From Scyliorhinus canicula (Eukaryota), in NCBI RefSeq assembly GCF_902713615.1, contig NC_052149.1, positions 87,499,519-87,563,518 on the forward strand: a stretch of 64,000 bases of DNA, given 5' to 3'. The notes beneath the pieces were generated by a model, which saw nothing but the letters and a program-made list of their open reading frames with translations, made no database searches and was not told the DNA's origin. Of the stretch, positions 11,953-24,839 are shown piece after piece (the first letter of the stretch is position 1; the number at the start of each line of letters is the position of its first letter). The translations under genes and the position numbers were made by a program.

Positions 11953-12649
11953 CTGTAAAGGTTTAAGAGAGGGAAAAGTTTTACACTTTGCAATAGCTGC
12001 TGAATCACATTAAGACAATTCTGCACTGACTGTATATACATGTGATCCTTCTGCTATGAGATGATGAATTATTATTTCCTGTGCGCAAGCACGTTCAAAC
12101 CATAATGCAGTTACTAAATGTAGAAATTCCTCTTTTTAGGATACTTCACTCAAAGAGCTCAGTCCTGGCAATTGACTAGTATAACATGGCATCAGATGAT
12201 AGCCCTGCGCCTGGATTTGATTCAAAATCGGGAAATAGCTTTTGCAACTGTAGCTGTTGATAATTATTACTGGTGGCCAATCGCCTGTCGGAGCTGCAAA
12301 TATAGAACATTTGACTTCAATAACTTATAAATGGTTACATTTATATCTTCCACTTTTAAGGAGAATATGAATTTTAAATTAATGAATTTAATTTAAAAGT
12401 GTTTTTTTTCCAGATAGACCAGTTATATGTATCACGTGATGTGAAGAATCCTTACCATTACATTATTACAAGTTGGGTGGTGTAATTTGCTGAGATGTGT
12501 TTAGGTAAGCTCATGAGACCAGTCTAACAAGTAGTCTCACAATGCAGGATGACTAGACCGTTTTCTGGAATGTTTAAAACTTCATTTAACTTTCCGATCT
12601 CATTGGTGTAACAGCTACATTGTCTGTGGGCAGAGAGTTATTCAGCTCT

Positions 12650-13655
12650 ACATAGAAACAGACTTAGAAAATAGAAGCAGGAAGAGGCCATTCGGCCTGC
12701 TCCACCATTCATCAAGTTCAATACTCTGATCCCGCCTTCCCCCCATATACCTTGATTCCTTTAGCCCCAAGTGCTATGTCTAATTCCTTCTTGAACTTAA
12801 ACAACCTTTTGGCCTCAACTACTTTCTGTGGTAGTGAATTCCACAGATTCAACACTCTCTGGGGAAGAGATTTCTCCTCACCACAGTCCTGAAGTGGTTT
12901 ACCCCTTACCCTCAAACTATGACCCCTACTTCTGGACTCCCCCACCATTGGGAACATTCTTTCTAAATCTCCCGTGTCTAACCCTGTTAGAATTTGATAA
13001 GTTTCTATGAGACCCATCTCACTCTTCTATCCCAGGAATCAGCCTGGTAAATCTTCACTGCATTCCCTCCACAGCAAGAACATCCTTCCTCAGATAAGGA
13101 TACCAAAACTGCACATAATATTCCAGATGTCACCTCACCAATGCCCTATACAACTGCAGTAAAATATCCCTATTCCTATACTCGAATCATGTCGCTATGA
13201 AGGCCAACATACTATTTGCCTTCTTTACTGCCTGTTGTACCTGCGCGCTTTCAGAGACTGATGCACGAGGACACCCTTGCTGAATATCCACCTCTCTCAA
13301 TTTACAACCATTCAAATCATAATCTGCCTTCCAATTTTTGCGACCAAAGTGGATAACCTCACATTTATCCACGTTATACTGCATCTGCCATGCATATGTC
13401 CACTCACTCAGTTGCCAAATTTCACTGAAGCATCTGCATCCTCCTCGCAGCTCATCCTCCCACCCAACTTTGTATCATCTGCAAATTTGGAGATAATACA
13501 TTTAGTTCCCTTATCCAAATCATTAATATATAATGTGAACAGTTGGGGTCCCAGCACAGATCCCTGTGGTATCTCAGAAAAAGACCCATTTATTCCAACT
13601 TTTTGCTTCCTGCCTGCCAAACAGCTTTCTATCCACCTCAACACACTACCCTAGC
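12650..13655 (-). mobile_element. CR1 LINE, 5'-truncated and decayed
   Basis: [53 protein letters not shown] motifs. Confidence 0.9.
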
Positions 13656-14750
13656 TCTGATCTGGTTCCTCATGCCTATCAATATATCCAACAGCATAGT
13701 AAGTTTACATTGAGGGCTGGCACATTTAAATACAATGTATTGTCGTAAGGTGAAAAGTTTTTCAGGCACATGTATGAACACTTCAACAGGGTAATTTTTT
13801 TGTCTGTCACATTGACAGTAATCTAGGAGAGCACATTATTCCCCATCAGGTTAGGTAGTTGCGCTGTTGATTTCAATGAATGAAAATCGTGTGGACTCTA
13901 TAATGCGCAAGCAACGTGCATCCCAGATTATTGCCAATGTGAAGACAAAGATTTACCACATTATGTACCAGATTTGGCTCTATTATCATCTACTGAAATC
14001 ATTGAATGAGTGGTACCTGGGCTCTGAAGACAGAGATTCCTTGGCAAAGGAAGGAAAGCACAAAGAAGAGAAGGAAGAATTAAAAGTTTTACGCTTATGC
14101 AGTACAGACATTTACACAGTCCAAACATTAACACTTGAATATTACAACATAAGGTGAAGTAATATCTTCTGTATCCCATGACAAATGTTTGTAAATTCAA
14201 ACAGGTTCAGCATCTGTTTTACTTTATGTAATTATAATTCCTCCAACAATCCTAAACACATGTTTTATGTATTACCTGGCTCGATTATGTAAACTATCGT
14301 ACAGTTTTGTTGGCAAACGTTTCCTATCAGTTTTAACTCCAGCTCTTGGTTGAGTGTAAATCAATCTTCTAATGGCCTGAGTAGCCATTCTTGGTATGTG
14401 CCTAGCCAAGTGTACATTTGGTACTACAGCAAATCCTTTTTCTGCTATTATTTGATATTTACATTGAGGATCTTTCCAACAGGAATCAATGGACCTGAAT
14501 TCTATCCATTTCCCTAGACAGGAAAACTAGGGCAATATTGCTGCTTCCATAAGTATTTCTGCCAAGATTAGTGAACTCATGACAGATAAGATATTGGAAC
14601 AGGGTCTTTGCTGGCATGCGTGCTGCATCCCAGGAGTGAATTTACTGACTTAAATGTTGGGGCCACATTTTACATTCTTAAAACTGATGATGGTAAAGGT
14701 GCAGAATACAAATAATGTGAAGTAACAAATAGCAAGTTTTTAAAAATGTT

Positions 14751-15404
14751 GGGGCAATCTAACCAAACTGGAACAGAGTCCCCTGACAAGGGTATTTAGC
14801 GAGGCATTTGCTGGCGCTTGCAGTGCCGAGAAGCACCACGCTATCTATCGGAATTCTGGTTCCATTGGGGGCCTCAGCGGGGAACTCTCCAATGAAGCTG
14901 CACTAGTCCCATTTCCAGCACTGAGAGTCCACTCAAACCCTCCTAAAACCTCATAAGGGGGTCCTCTGGGCCCACCGCACATGCACAGGACACCCTATCC
15001 CCAGCACGGGAAAATGCAAGTTTGGCACCTTGGAGGTGCCAGGCTGGCACCCAGCTGGCAGTACCAGGATGCCTCACATCTAGAGGGAAAGCACCTGGGA
15101 GCTTCCAATCCCCTGGTAGACCCCCATGGGTGCCATTCCATCTGGTCCCCATTCATCTCCAAAGCGAAGGGGCTAGATCTTAATGCTTCAGGTAGATCAG
15201 GGGAGAGCATATTAAAGTGAGACTAGCTGTCTCACTCTAATATGCAGATTTGCAAGATAGTGATCACTTCAAATCATGATATTTCACCAGATCACGTTAG
15301 ATCTCATGAGGCATGGCAAGCCAAATGGATCCTGGAAGAGGGATCTCCCAGCATCTACTGTCTGCGCCGCCTTTTGGGTGCAACACAACCAGTAGATCAC
15401 ACCC
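14751..15404. mobile_element. Harbinger-type MITE, family B (inverted relative to 6025-6925)
   Basis: Ends ggggcaatctaacc ... gtagatcacaccc; shared internal GTTAGATCTCA(C/T)GAGGCAT segment. Confidence 0.6.
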
Positions 15405-15440
15405 ACTATTTTATTAAAGACTTCATAGATATCACACACT

Positions 15441-15765
15441 ATTTAATAATCTTTATCGTCATACGTAGACTTTCATTAACAGTGCAATGAAGTTACTGTG
15501 AAAAGCCCCTGGTCGCCACATTCTGGCGCCTGTTCGGGTACACAGAGGGAGAATTCAGAATGTCCAAGTTACCTAAAAGCACGTCTTTCGGGAACAGCAC
15601 CTCTTTCAGGACTTGTGGGAGGATATCGGAGCACCCGGGAGAAACCTACGTAGACACGGGGCGAATGTGCAGACTCCGCACAGACAGTGACCCAAGCCGG
15701 GAATCGAATCTGGGACCCTGGTGCGGTGAAGCAACAGTCCTAACCAATGTGCTACCATGCCGCCC
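15441..15765 (-). mobile_element. V-SINE with (ATT)n tail (type c)
   Basis: tRNA head, V core and GTGGCGACCAGGGGCTTTTCACAGTAAC tail. Confidence 0.82.
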
Positions 15766-15769
15766 ACAA

Positions 15770-17290
15770 CACAACGCAGATTCCGATGAGATAGTCCGCT
15801 CATAGATATTCGAGATCTTCTCCCCCGCAACCCTCACCAACTGTAAGATTTCCTTCAACTGGGAGGGTTACGGTGATAAGGGAAAAGTAGGGAAAGCCCC
15901 ACGAACTAACTCGCACAATTGAAAGCATCGGAACAGGTGTTCCCCTGATTGTTGGAATTTTGCCGAAAACTCTTCCATCTTGGTAAACTGCCCCCCATAA
16001 ACAGGTCTCTAAAATACTCGAGCTCCTTCCCTTCCCATATCTTAAAAGTCAAATCCAAACCTGATGGTGCAAACAAAGTTACCACTTATAGGAAGCTGGT
16101 TTAGCATACTGGGCTAAATAGCTGGCTTTTAAAGCAGACCAAGGCAGGCCAGCAGCACGGTTCAGTTCCCGTACCAGCCTCCCCGAACAGGCGCCGGAAT
16201 GTGGCGACTAGGGGCTTTTCACAGTAACTTAATTTGAAGCCTACTTGTGACAATAAGCGATTTTCATTTCATTTAATTTCATTTCAATAATGACATGACA
16301 CTCAGCTTGTAATGTTGTCTGAGCTGCCTCCATATCTTCAAAGTAGAAATCACTACTGCCAGGCTGGTGTACTTCTGGAGAGAATGGGAGTGACGCTATC
16401 ACTCGAACCCAGAGGCAAGATCGCTTACATGAACATGCCTCCATCCTTCCCCATATGGTATCCGATTTCCTAAACCACCCGAAAACCTCCAAATTGGCCA
16501 CCCAGTAATACATGAGGAAATTGGGTAGTGCCAAGCCAAGCCCCCCCTACTGCTGGCCCCTCTGGAGGTCGCCCTGTGAATTCATGGTGACTTACCCACC
16601 CACATGAAGGATCCACTAGCTTGTTCATCTTTGCAAAGAACGATTCAGCACAAAAAATAAGGTGGCATTGAAAGAAGAATAGAAACCTCGGCAGAATATT
16701 CACCTTGATCATCTGGACGGGAGGCTACCCCACCTCTTCAAATTGGGTCCCGCCCTACCCAACAGACTTGTAAAGTTTAACCTATGAAGCCTAGACCAAT
16801 CATGTGGCACTTGGCAAGCCAGATACTGGAAGCTACCTCTGGCCTGGCAGAAGGGTAATATCTCCAGATTTGCTCTCCTCCCTGGGGGATTCACCAGAAA
16901 ATAATCACTGTTTCCCAGGTTTAACTTAAAACCTGAGAAGGAACCAAAGCTCCTCAGCAGTTTCATAATCTTATCTGTAGAGGAGACCGGATCCCCCCTC
17001 CCACAATTTATCCAATGGAAGACCTCAGTGCTATCACCAGGGATTCTATCACCAGGGCAAGAAGGAGTAGCAACAATGTGCACCCCTGTCTTGTACCCCT
17101 GTTCAGTGGGAAGTATCCCAAACTTGTCACATTAGTCATCACTAGACATGGAGGCCCTATACACCCAATAAATAAACTTCTGCCCCAATCCAAACCTCCC
17201 AAGAACCTCAATGAGGTACTCCCACTCCAATTGTAGAATGTTTTCTCTGTATCCATAGATATAATCACCTCCTGCTCATAGTCATTGGCC
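15770..17290 (-). mobile_element. L1-clade LINE ORF2 fragment (RT and C-terminal part), decayed
   Basis: RGTRQGC, FGSFSGFKLNLG, IKVNILPRFLF, LPNFLMYYW motifs with frameshifts. Confidence 0.82.
16090..16286 (+). mobile_element. Short SINE type d inserted in L1
   Basis: Inverted close match to 6650-6839; (ATTTC)n end. Confidence 0.82.
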
Positions 17291-17291
17291 C

Positions 17292-19351
17292 ATGTTTGGA
17301 CCGGTCGAGCAGGTCGGGGAAGGTGTCGGCAGTGGCGAAGGAACTGAAGGGATTCATGGAGCGCATGAAAGGGGTGGACCCATGGAGGTTTGGGAGGCCG
17401 AGAGCGAAGGAGTACTTATACTTCCCGCATGTGCAGAGGGTGTAAAAGTGTACTCTCGGATTGATTTTTTCATGGTGGGCAAGATGTTATTGGCGGGTGT
17501 GGTCGACTCGGGGTACTCAGCGATCGTGGTTTCAGACCACACGCCACATTAGGTGAACTTACAAGTGGACCTGGTGGCAATGGCCGCAGTGGAGGCTGGA
17601 CGTAGGGTTGTTAGCAGATGAGGAGGTGTGAGAGTGGGTGAGGGCCGCTATCCGGGGGTACATGGAGCTAAATGATACAGGTGAGGTCTCAGCCGCCACG
17701 CTATGGAGGCGCTCAAGGCAGTAGTTACGGGGGAGCTCATATCGATCCGGACGCATAGGGAGAATGAGGAGCGAGCAGAGGTGACAAGGTTGGTGGACGA
17801 GATTCTGCAGGAGCACAGGAGGTACATGGTAGCCCCAAGGCAGAATTGCTGAAGGAGACACAGAAGCTCCAAATGGAGTTCGGGCTGGTGATGACAGGGA
17901 AGGCAGTAGGGCAGCTGCGGAGGGCTAGAGGGGCAGTGTATGAGTACAGGGAGAAGGCAAGTAGGATGCTGGCCCACCAACTCAGGAAGCAGGAGGCAGC
18001 AAGGGAGATTAGAGGGATGAAGGACAGGAGGGGTAGTGGTACTGGACGTGGTGGGGATGAATGGGTATTTGAGGAGTTTCACAGGAGGCTTTATGAATGG
18101 GGAGGGAATGCGGCAATTCCTGGATGGTTTGGAGTTCCCCAAGCTGGAGGAGGAGCTGGTGGAATAGCTGGGGGACCCCATTGGACTGGTAGAGTTGGTG
18201 GAGGGCATGAAGGTGATGCGTGCAGGAATGGCCCCGGGACCGGATGGGTTTCCTGGGGGCGCCTGGGGCCTCTTCTGGTGAGGGCATACAATGAGGCAAG
18301 GGAAAGGGGGAACTCCCTCAACATTATCGCAGATGGTCATATCCTTAATACTGAAGAAGGAGAAAAATCCGGAGCAGTGTGGTTCCTATCGCCCGATATC
18401 GCTATTAAATGTGAACGCTAAGTTGATCCTGAACTCACGAATTTAGGACCGTGTGTCGGGGGTGATAGTGGAAGACCAGACGGGGTTTGTAAAGGGGAGG
18501 CAATTGTTGGCGAATGTTTGGAGATTACTAAATATGATAATGATGCCCCCGGAGGGACAGGACGTAGAGATAGCAGTGGCAATGGATGGAGAGAATATTT
18601 TTGATCGGGTGTAGTGGGAGTACTTGTCGGAAGTGTTGGGACACTTTGGATTCAGGCAGGGGTTTGTGTCTGGGTCCGATTGTTGTATAGGGCGACAGTA
18701 GCGAGCGTGCAGATTAATCAGGTGAGCTTGGGGTATTTTGGGCCACACCATGGAACAAGGCAGGGATGCTCACTATCCCCGTTGCTTTTTGCCTTGGCAA
18801 TAAAGCCATTGGCAATGGCGCTTAGACCTTCGAGAAGCTGGAGAGGGTCTGTGCGGGGGGGGATTGAGCATGGTGTCACTGTACGCCGATGACCTGCTGC
18901 TTTATATTTCGGACCCACTGGGACATATTGGGGGAATTATGAGTATTCTGGAGCAGTTTGGATGGTTTTCAGGGTATAAGCTGAACATGGGGAAGAGTGT
19001 GGTTTTCTGATCGAGGCTAGGGGGATGGAGAGGATGTTGGGAGAGCTGCCGTTCAGGGTGGTGGGGGCGAGCTTCAGATATTTGGGTAAACAGGTGGCGA
19101 CGGGGTGGGAGCAACTGCACAAGTTGAATTTGGAGCAAGTGGTGGAACAGATGAGGAGGGATTTTAAGAGGTGGGATGTGTTGCCACTGTCGCTGCGGGG
19201 CGATGCAGTGAGAATGATAGTGCTGCTGATGCTCCTATTTGTTTATCAGAACCTCCCTATCTTCGCCCCAAAATCATTCTTTAAAAAAGTTAATATTTTG
19301 ATCTCGGGGGTTGTTTGGGCGGAAAAAACCCCACCGTTTAAGAAGGTCCTG
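17292..19351 (+). mobile_element. L1-clade LINE ORF2 fragment (APE endonuclease and RT), decayed
   Basis: YSRIDFF, SDHTP, EKASRMLAHQLRKQ, GTRQGCSLSPLLFALAI, YADD-type motif. Confidence 0.88.
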
Positions 19352-19730
19352 TGTTATGGGCCAGGGTTTAGAGAATCCCAAAGTGTATCATGGAGTTCAC
19401 CTGACCCACAACTTTTAATAGATTGTGGTATGGGGAGCACACGGCCCACTCTACAGTAGTGGTACAGCAGAAATGGAAAAATATTTTTTAAAGCAAAACA
19501 ATGTTTATTTTATGAACTCAAGTTAACCTTTATAAAACATACAGTGAACATCTTAGCAACCATCAATTCAAACACAACCCCCAAAGAATACGAAGTAATC
19601 CTTAATAACTTCCCAAACATCCAGAAGACAAAAGAAACACCTTTTAACAGAAGCACATTAGGTTTGCATTCACTACTGAGAACATTTATAATTCTGAATT
19701 CACCAAATGATCAAGAGATAGTCTTTTATT
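19352..19730. mobile_element. Probable partial LTR interrupting L1
   Basis: Abrupt switch to TGTTA...; AT-rich, minus-strand AATAAA; second end not resolved. Confidence 0.4.
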
Positions 19731-19734
19731 TTTA

Positions 19735-20260
19735 TTGGCCACCACTGCTATCTCTGCCTCTTACAATGCAAGCTGCTATCGTGCCTTGTGAGCACCTATC
19801 AACACCTTCCAGAATCTCACCATCCCGATGAATTTATCAAGCTCCACCCGGACCGGACCCAACGCTTCTTCAATCGACTTACATAATCTCTCAGAGACCA
19901 GCTTCCACTCCCTCTCAAAAATGTATTTTAAATTGTATCTTAAATTCCTTAGCCAGCGTGTCTGAGAGCACATCCATTGTAATGGGGACTGCCAATTAAT
20001 GCAGTTCCGCCATCACCATCTGTGTTACCGAGGAGTTCCACAAGGCTCCTGAGTCCATCGAAGGAATATCTACTCCGGGTTTCCTGGTTTCTTTCCCCTT
20101 ATGTTTGGGCATGAATTCAGCACAGGAGGAACCTGTTGTACCGGTCTAGAATGTTTTCCAACGACAAGCACTCAAATAAAAGGGCAAAAATGCCTAAAAA
20201 CTGCGGATCCCGGCCGGAGCTACAAAAAGTGCAACCTCCCTCTTAATATCGACGCCCAGA
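19735..20260 (-). mobile_element. Probable L1 5' region / ORF1 coiled-coil fragment
   Basis: FEREWKLVSERLCKSIEEALGPVRVELDK heptad-like peptide; collinear with the minus-strand L1 at 15770-17290. Confidence 0.45.
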
Positions 20261-21172
20261 AGCCAACAGATAGCAAGTTAATGAAAGCCACTGAACACAC
20301 CTTGTCCCTGAAAGCAAAGTGAACATGTATTGTGCAGCAAACATTTTTCAAATAACAAGGCAGAATAGAATAACATTGATGCTTACATTCACATTATTAC
20401 TATTCAACGACATCTGTTCTGTTGTTTATTTTCATATTATAGTTGGTTCTGTAGAATTCTGATACATATACACCTAGGGAAGGATGAAAGTAGGAACAGT
20501 AACAGCCCAAGATGGTTTTGTGGCACTTGGAGGAACTTACCAGTTCTCCCTAATTTTTTCCTTTGAGCTTCTCTTCGAATGGGCTGCCAACTGATGCTGA
20601 GTGAAAGGGACATGATGCAGTTTCAAAAATGTCATCAAGATCATATTGATAGAAACTTCTAAATGAATGATTTTCCCTCTACAGATGTCTGCCTCATTCA
20701 GGCAACCTCAGCAAAAATAGAAACAGCCACAATGATGGCAGCGATGGGATGGTAGGTTCCTCTCCACCATTTATAGGTGCTATTGCCCCCTTTTCACCAT
20801 TTGGACACCCTGAACATTCAACCCAATGGGTTTGCCATGAAATTGTCTCCTCAGAAGACTATTAACCTAGAATGAGTGCTGCAAAAACAGAATCATCAAT
20901 GTGAAAACTGTTGCTTCACAACCTCTCAGTGAGCCACTGTAAACTAAATCAGTGAGATAACAACATTGAATTAATGTCCTTTACACAAATGGCATTAGAG
21001 TATTAAACTGTGTCTTTGTCTCCCTTAGCCATATCAGACTGACTGTATTTTGAGATCAAGGTTTTTGAAGACTGGATAGCTCTGACCAAGATTTTGTCAG
21101 TAAGTGAACTCTATAGGACAGACAAGAATGGAAAACAGGTTTGCCACGCTGTAATTGAATGGATAGAACAGG

Positions 21173-22500
21173 GGGCGGGATTCTCCAATAATGGGGCTAT
21201 GTCCCCACGCCAGTGTCAAAATGCAGGGGCGAAATTCTCCGACCCCCACGACGGGTCGGAGAATAGCGGGAGGGCCTTCCCGACATTTTTCCCACCCTCC
21301 CGCTATTCTCCCCCACCCCCCGCCCAACTCCCGACCCGAATCGCTGCCGTCGTTTTTTTACGGCCGGCAGCGATTCACAGCTGTTCGATGGGCCGAAGTC
21401 CCAGCCCTTTACGCCGTTTTTACGAACGGCAAACACACCTGGTCTGGCCGTTCGTAAAAACGGCGTCACAAACTCGCTTTTCATAACCATGGCACCGATT
21501 GGCACGGCAGTACCACGGCCGTGCCAAGGGTGCCATGGGCCCGCGATCGGTGCTCACCGATCGCGGGCAGCGGGCCCGATGCCCGCGCACTCTTTCTCCT
21601 TCCGCCGCCCCGCAGTATCCATTCGCGGGGCGGCTGAGGGGCAACCCGGCCCGCGCATGCGCGGGTTTCGCGCAAATACGCGATGACATCATCCGCGCAT
21701 GCGCGGGTTGGAGTCTTCCAATCCGCGCATGCGCGGCTGACGTCATATGACGCGTCAGCCGGCGCTAACTCCGGCAAGCGGGCTTAACGATATTCGTTAA
21801 GCCCGTCATGCCGGAGCCTACGGCGTCGGTCTGCTAGCCCCGACCGGGGACCAGAATCGGTTCCCGGTCGGGAAGGGGCGCGCTGGCGTCAAACCCACCC
21901 GGGTTTGATGCCAGCTTTACGATTTCTCCCGTTTTGGGAGAATCGCGCCCCAGGTGTTTCATTCTGGACTTTCCTTAAGAAAGTCCAGTGATTCTCCTAC
22001 CTTCATGGGGGCCAGCAGAGCCCCGGAGTGCTTCTCGTAGCTCTGGCTGCAGATAGAGAGTCCTGCACTTCTGGTCGGGAGTCCGCGCATGCTCACGGCC
22101 GCCACATGCAACATGGCGGACTCACTCCGCGGACCATGATGAACGAAGTAGGTCCCCCCCCCCCCCCCCGAGGTCGGTGCCGCCCGATCGCTTGCCTGGC
22201 CGTCTGTGAGGCCCCCCCCCTCCCAGTGAAGGATCCTCCCGTCCTCCACCAGGGCGGCCGTGGACTGGGTCCGCAGCCGCCACTGCCATTCCCGACAGGC
22301 AAAATGTGGTTAGAACCACACCGTAGAGAACTCGGGCAGTTTTCCTGGGAGAATCGCCGCGGGGCCTCTGTCAATGGCTCCCTACCTGGTCCGATTCTCC
22401 GGGGACCGGAGAACCGTTGGACCGGATTTTGTCGTTGACGCCCATTCTCCGCCCCTGCGTCAATCCCGATTTCGGGGCGGAAGCTCAGAGAATCCAATCC
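21173..22500. mobile_element. Harbinger-type MITE (host, family C) containing a nested family A MITE
   Basis: Left gggcgggattctcc, degenerate right gagaatccaatcc, TSD AGG; left end shared with 35255. Confidence 0.75.
21227..21950. mobile_element. Harbinger MITE family A, inverted relative to 2215-2935
   Basis: TIR GGGCGAAATTCTCC/GGAGAATCGCGCCC, TSD CAG; full-length reverse-complement similarity to 2215-2935. Confidence 0.9.
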
Positions 22501-22990
22501 AGGATTCTTGGTTGTGGTTCCACCACCTCTGGCAGTTCAGCACCACTTCCAAGTGTATTTTTTTCAAGCATGTGAACTGATATAGGAAGTAGGTAATATC
22601 CTTTCCATCATTTGGCTGGGAAACTGATGGATCAGTCTTCTGTCTGCTTTGTACCACTATTGATGATTTTCAATTGAAACAAAAACTGGGTGAATTCTAG
22701 AACAGTTGGCCAAATAGATTAGCATCCAAAGTGAAGGTGAATATTAGTCCATAAATGCTGGTGAGCAATTTAACAGTAGGACCTGCTAGGTTGGGAGCTG
22801 CATGGGGAAATTGCAGGCGAACTTGATCCTGTCACCGCAGACACATCATTCCCAGCAGTGGTCACTGAATAGCAAGAAGATTTGCTCGATGTCCTGCCCC
22901 TAGTTCAGTGGCACAGTTGGTCTTGTACTGTCTCTAGCTAAACTCCACTGAAATAAGGCAATTTAACAAAATCCAGTGATTGAACCCAAT

Positions 22991-23178
22991 GGGCGCGATT
23001 CTCCCGAGTCACGAAAATTCGGGAAGCTGGCGTCAAAAACGGGCGCGTTTGACGCCAGCCTCCCCCCCCCCCCCCCCCCCGCGACCGGGAACCGATTCAT
23101 CTCCCCGGTCGGGGCTAGCATCGCGCGGCCGTGAACTCACTATTCTCCGAATTTTCGTGAGAGCGGAGAATTGCGCCC
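22991..23178. mobile_element. 188-bp Harbinger MITE
   Basis: TIR GGGCGCGATTCTCC/GGAGAATTGCGCCC, TSD AAT, subterminal inverted TCACGAAAATTCGG. Confidence 0.88.
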
Positions 23179-23859
23179 AATGTCTTCTGGCCTGCATTGT
23201 CCTTGAGTATATAAGCCATTATAGTCACCAGTGAGCCTGCAAAGTGGTGCTACTGTCATTTATGAACTATTTTGCCTAAAGCCAGAATTGGAGCATGAGT
23301 GAATTCCATGCTCCCAAAGTGGATTGCACTCACACAAAGTGCATGGTGAGGAATCACAGGCCTTCCACTTTTAGTTCATTAAAACAAATGGATAAACAAA
23401 TCACAGTCTTTCTGACCCCATTGTAAGTATCACTTTGTGCTGGAAGCATGAACCAGTCACATTGGGTACAGTTCTATGGATCTCATTGTAATAGAAAAGG
23501 AACAGTGAAGTTCCAATTTCCATTGGATGTGAAATGTAGTTCAAATAATCGGGAATGCTGAAATTCTACATCGGTTTAGTCAGCAACTGAAAGAGAACGG
23601 CCTGTTTTTGTAACGGACCTTTCAGAACTGATTTTTGCAGCAACCTTGGCTCAAACTGTTTGTAGACCAGTTATACTTCAGTTCCAACTTTATTTTTAAA
23701 AGATGGTGATCAGTGTAATGTTTTTAAAATGTCAGATTTTCAACCTTACTATTGTTTTTCCTTGTTTGCCTTGATTAACTTTATTAATGAAGAGAAAAAG
23801 CAAGGTACTGAGTAACCACCAATTACAACATAATGCAAAACTTTCTGTATAGTTCTTAC

Positions 23860-24021
23860 TGTGTCCAGGTGTGTTCGTTGGTGTTTGGCACGATCACTGG
23901 AGTTGCTGAAAGCCTTCTGGCAGCCAGTGTGTTGGCAAAGGTAAGGTTTTTCCCCTGTGTGGCTCCGCAGGTGGATTTTGAGATTTTCTAGTCGGGAAAA
24001 TGCCTTATTACAGCCTTCGAA
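23860..24021 (-). CDS. GLIS1: GLIS-family C2H2 zinc-finger gene, internal coding exon (ZF3 after its first Cys, plus ZF4), 162 bp, phase 0/0
   Basis: Translates [54 protein letters not shown], near-identical to GLIS1/GLIS3. Acceptor ttattgcag|TTC and donor ACA|gtaaga. The paralog call rests on the next exon. Confidence 0.93.
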
Positions 24022-24839
24022 CTGCAATAAAGTATTAAAAAAATACATATTACCATGAAGAAATAGTTAATAAAGGCAGTTTAGCTACAAAGGCCACAGT
24101 GTAAACCAACAGTGCTCATCCAGTAAATCACCACAGCTTAACATCTGTACTAACTCAAGGATGAAAGAAAAAAAAATCAGTACATTAATTTAACCTTTCA
24201 ACACTGACATGTCCTAGAACAGCACAAGATTGAATTGGTTTCTTTTTTGCTGAATTACGCTTCATCAACTCTTTCAAAAATATACATTACCTAAGTTGAT
24301 TTAAATCACACACATAGAGGGCATGTTATTCTCAAAGTGATCTCTCTGAATGTCACTAAAGACAAATTAAGAACCTTTTGGGATTTATTTAAATTGGTAG
24401 CCACAAAGCTGACAGTTACACTTGTCTAGGTTGATTTAGCCTCTGTGCTGTTCTTACCAATTAATAAGTCATTCTGTCTTCTCCAAGCTGCACTCTGAAT
24501 TTTGGCATGAAAATATCCAATGGGATCTTTAAGAGAGGCTGATTACTGCAATGGGATAGAGCGTGGGCTGAAATTTGCTGGAGAAGGGCATCTTGTGGTG
24601 CGTCTGGTTAGTTATACATTTCCTGTCTTTTGAAGCTCAGATTTGTTGTCCATGTCAGCTGTTGGAAGCATGTAGAGGGCATTTGGAATATTGGTGAACG
24701 ATGGGTCAGTGTACCTCCATTTTAAGGAGTTCTATGGATTGAGAAATAAACAAAGGAAAGTCTGAGGAGAGTGAAGTAAAGGGATTGAATCTAATGTCAA
24801 ATCGAGTACAGAAAATAAAAATAGAAAGATTGGATTGAG

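Noticed and set aside
15770-19351. Oppositely oriented adjacent L1 pieces as one twin-primed insertion
   Set aside because: They cover overlapping RT regions with different sequences, so they are separate insertions.
20540-20800. Possible cryptic exon or Myb relic with a minus-strand GTAAGT donor
   Set aside because: No convincing acceptor or recognisable peptide.
23749-24048. 99-aa ORF as a standalone zinc-finger gene
   Set aside because: Only 23860-24021 is exon; the flanks are intron read-through.
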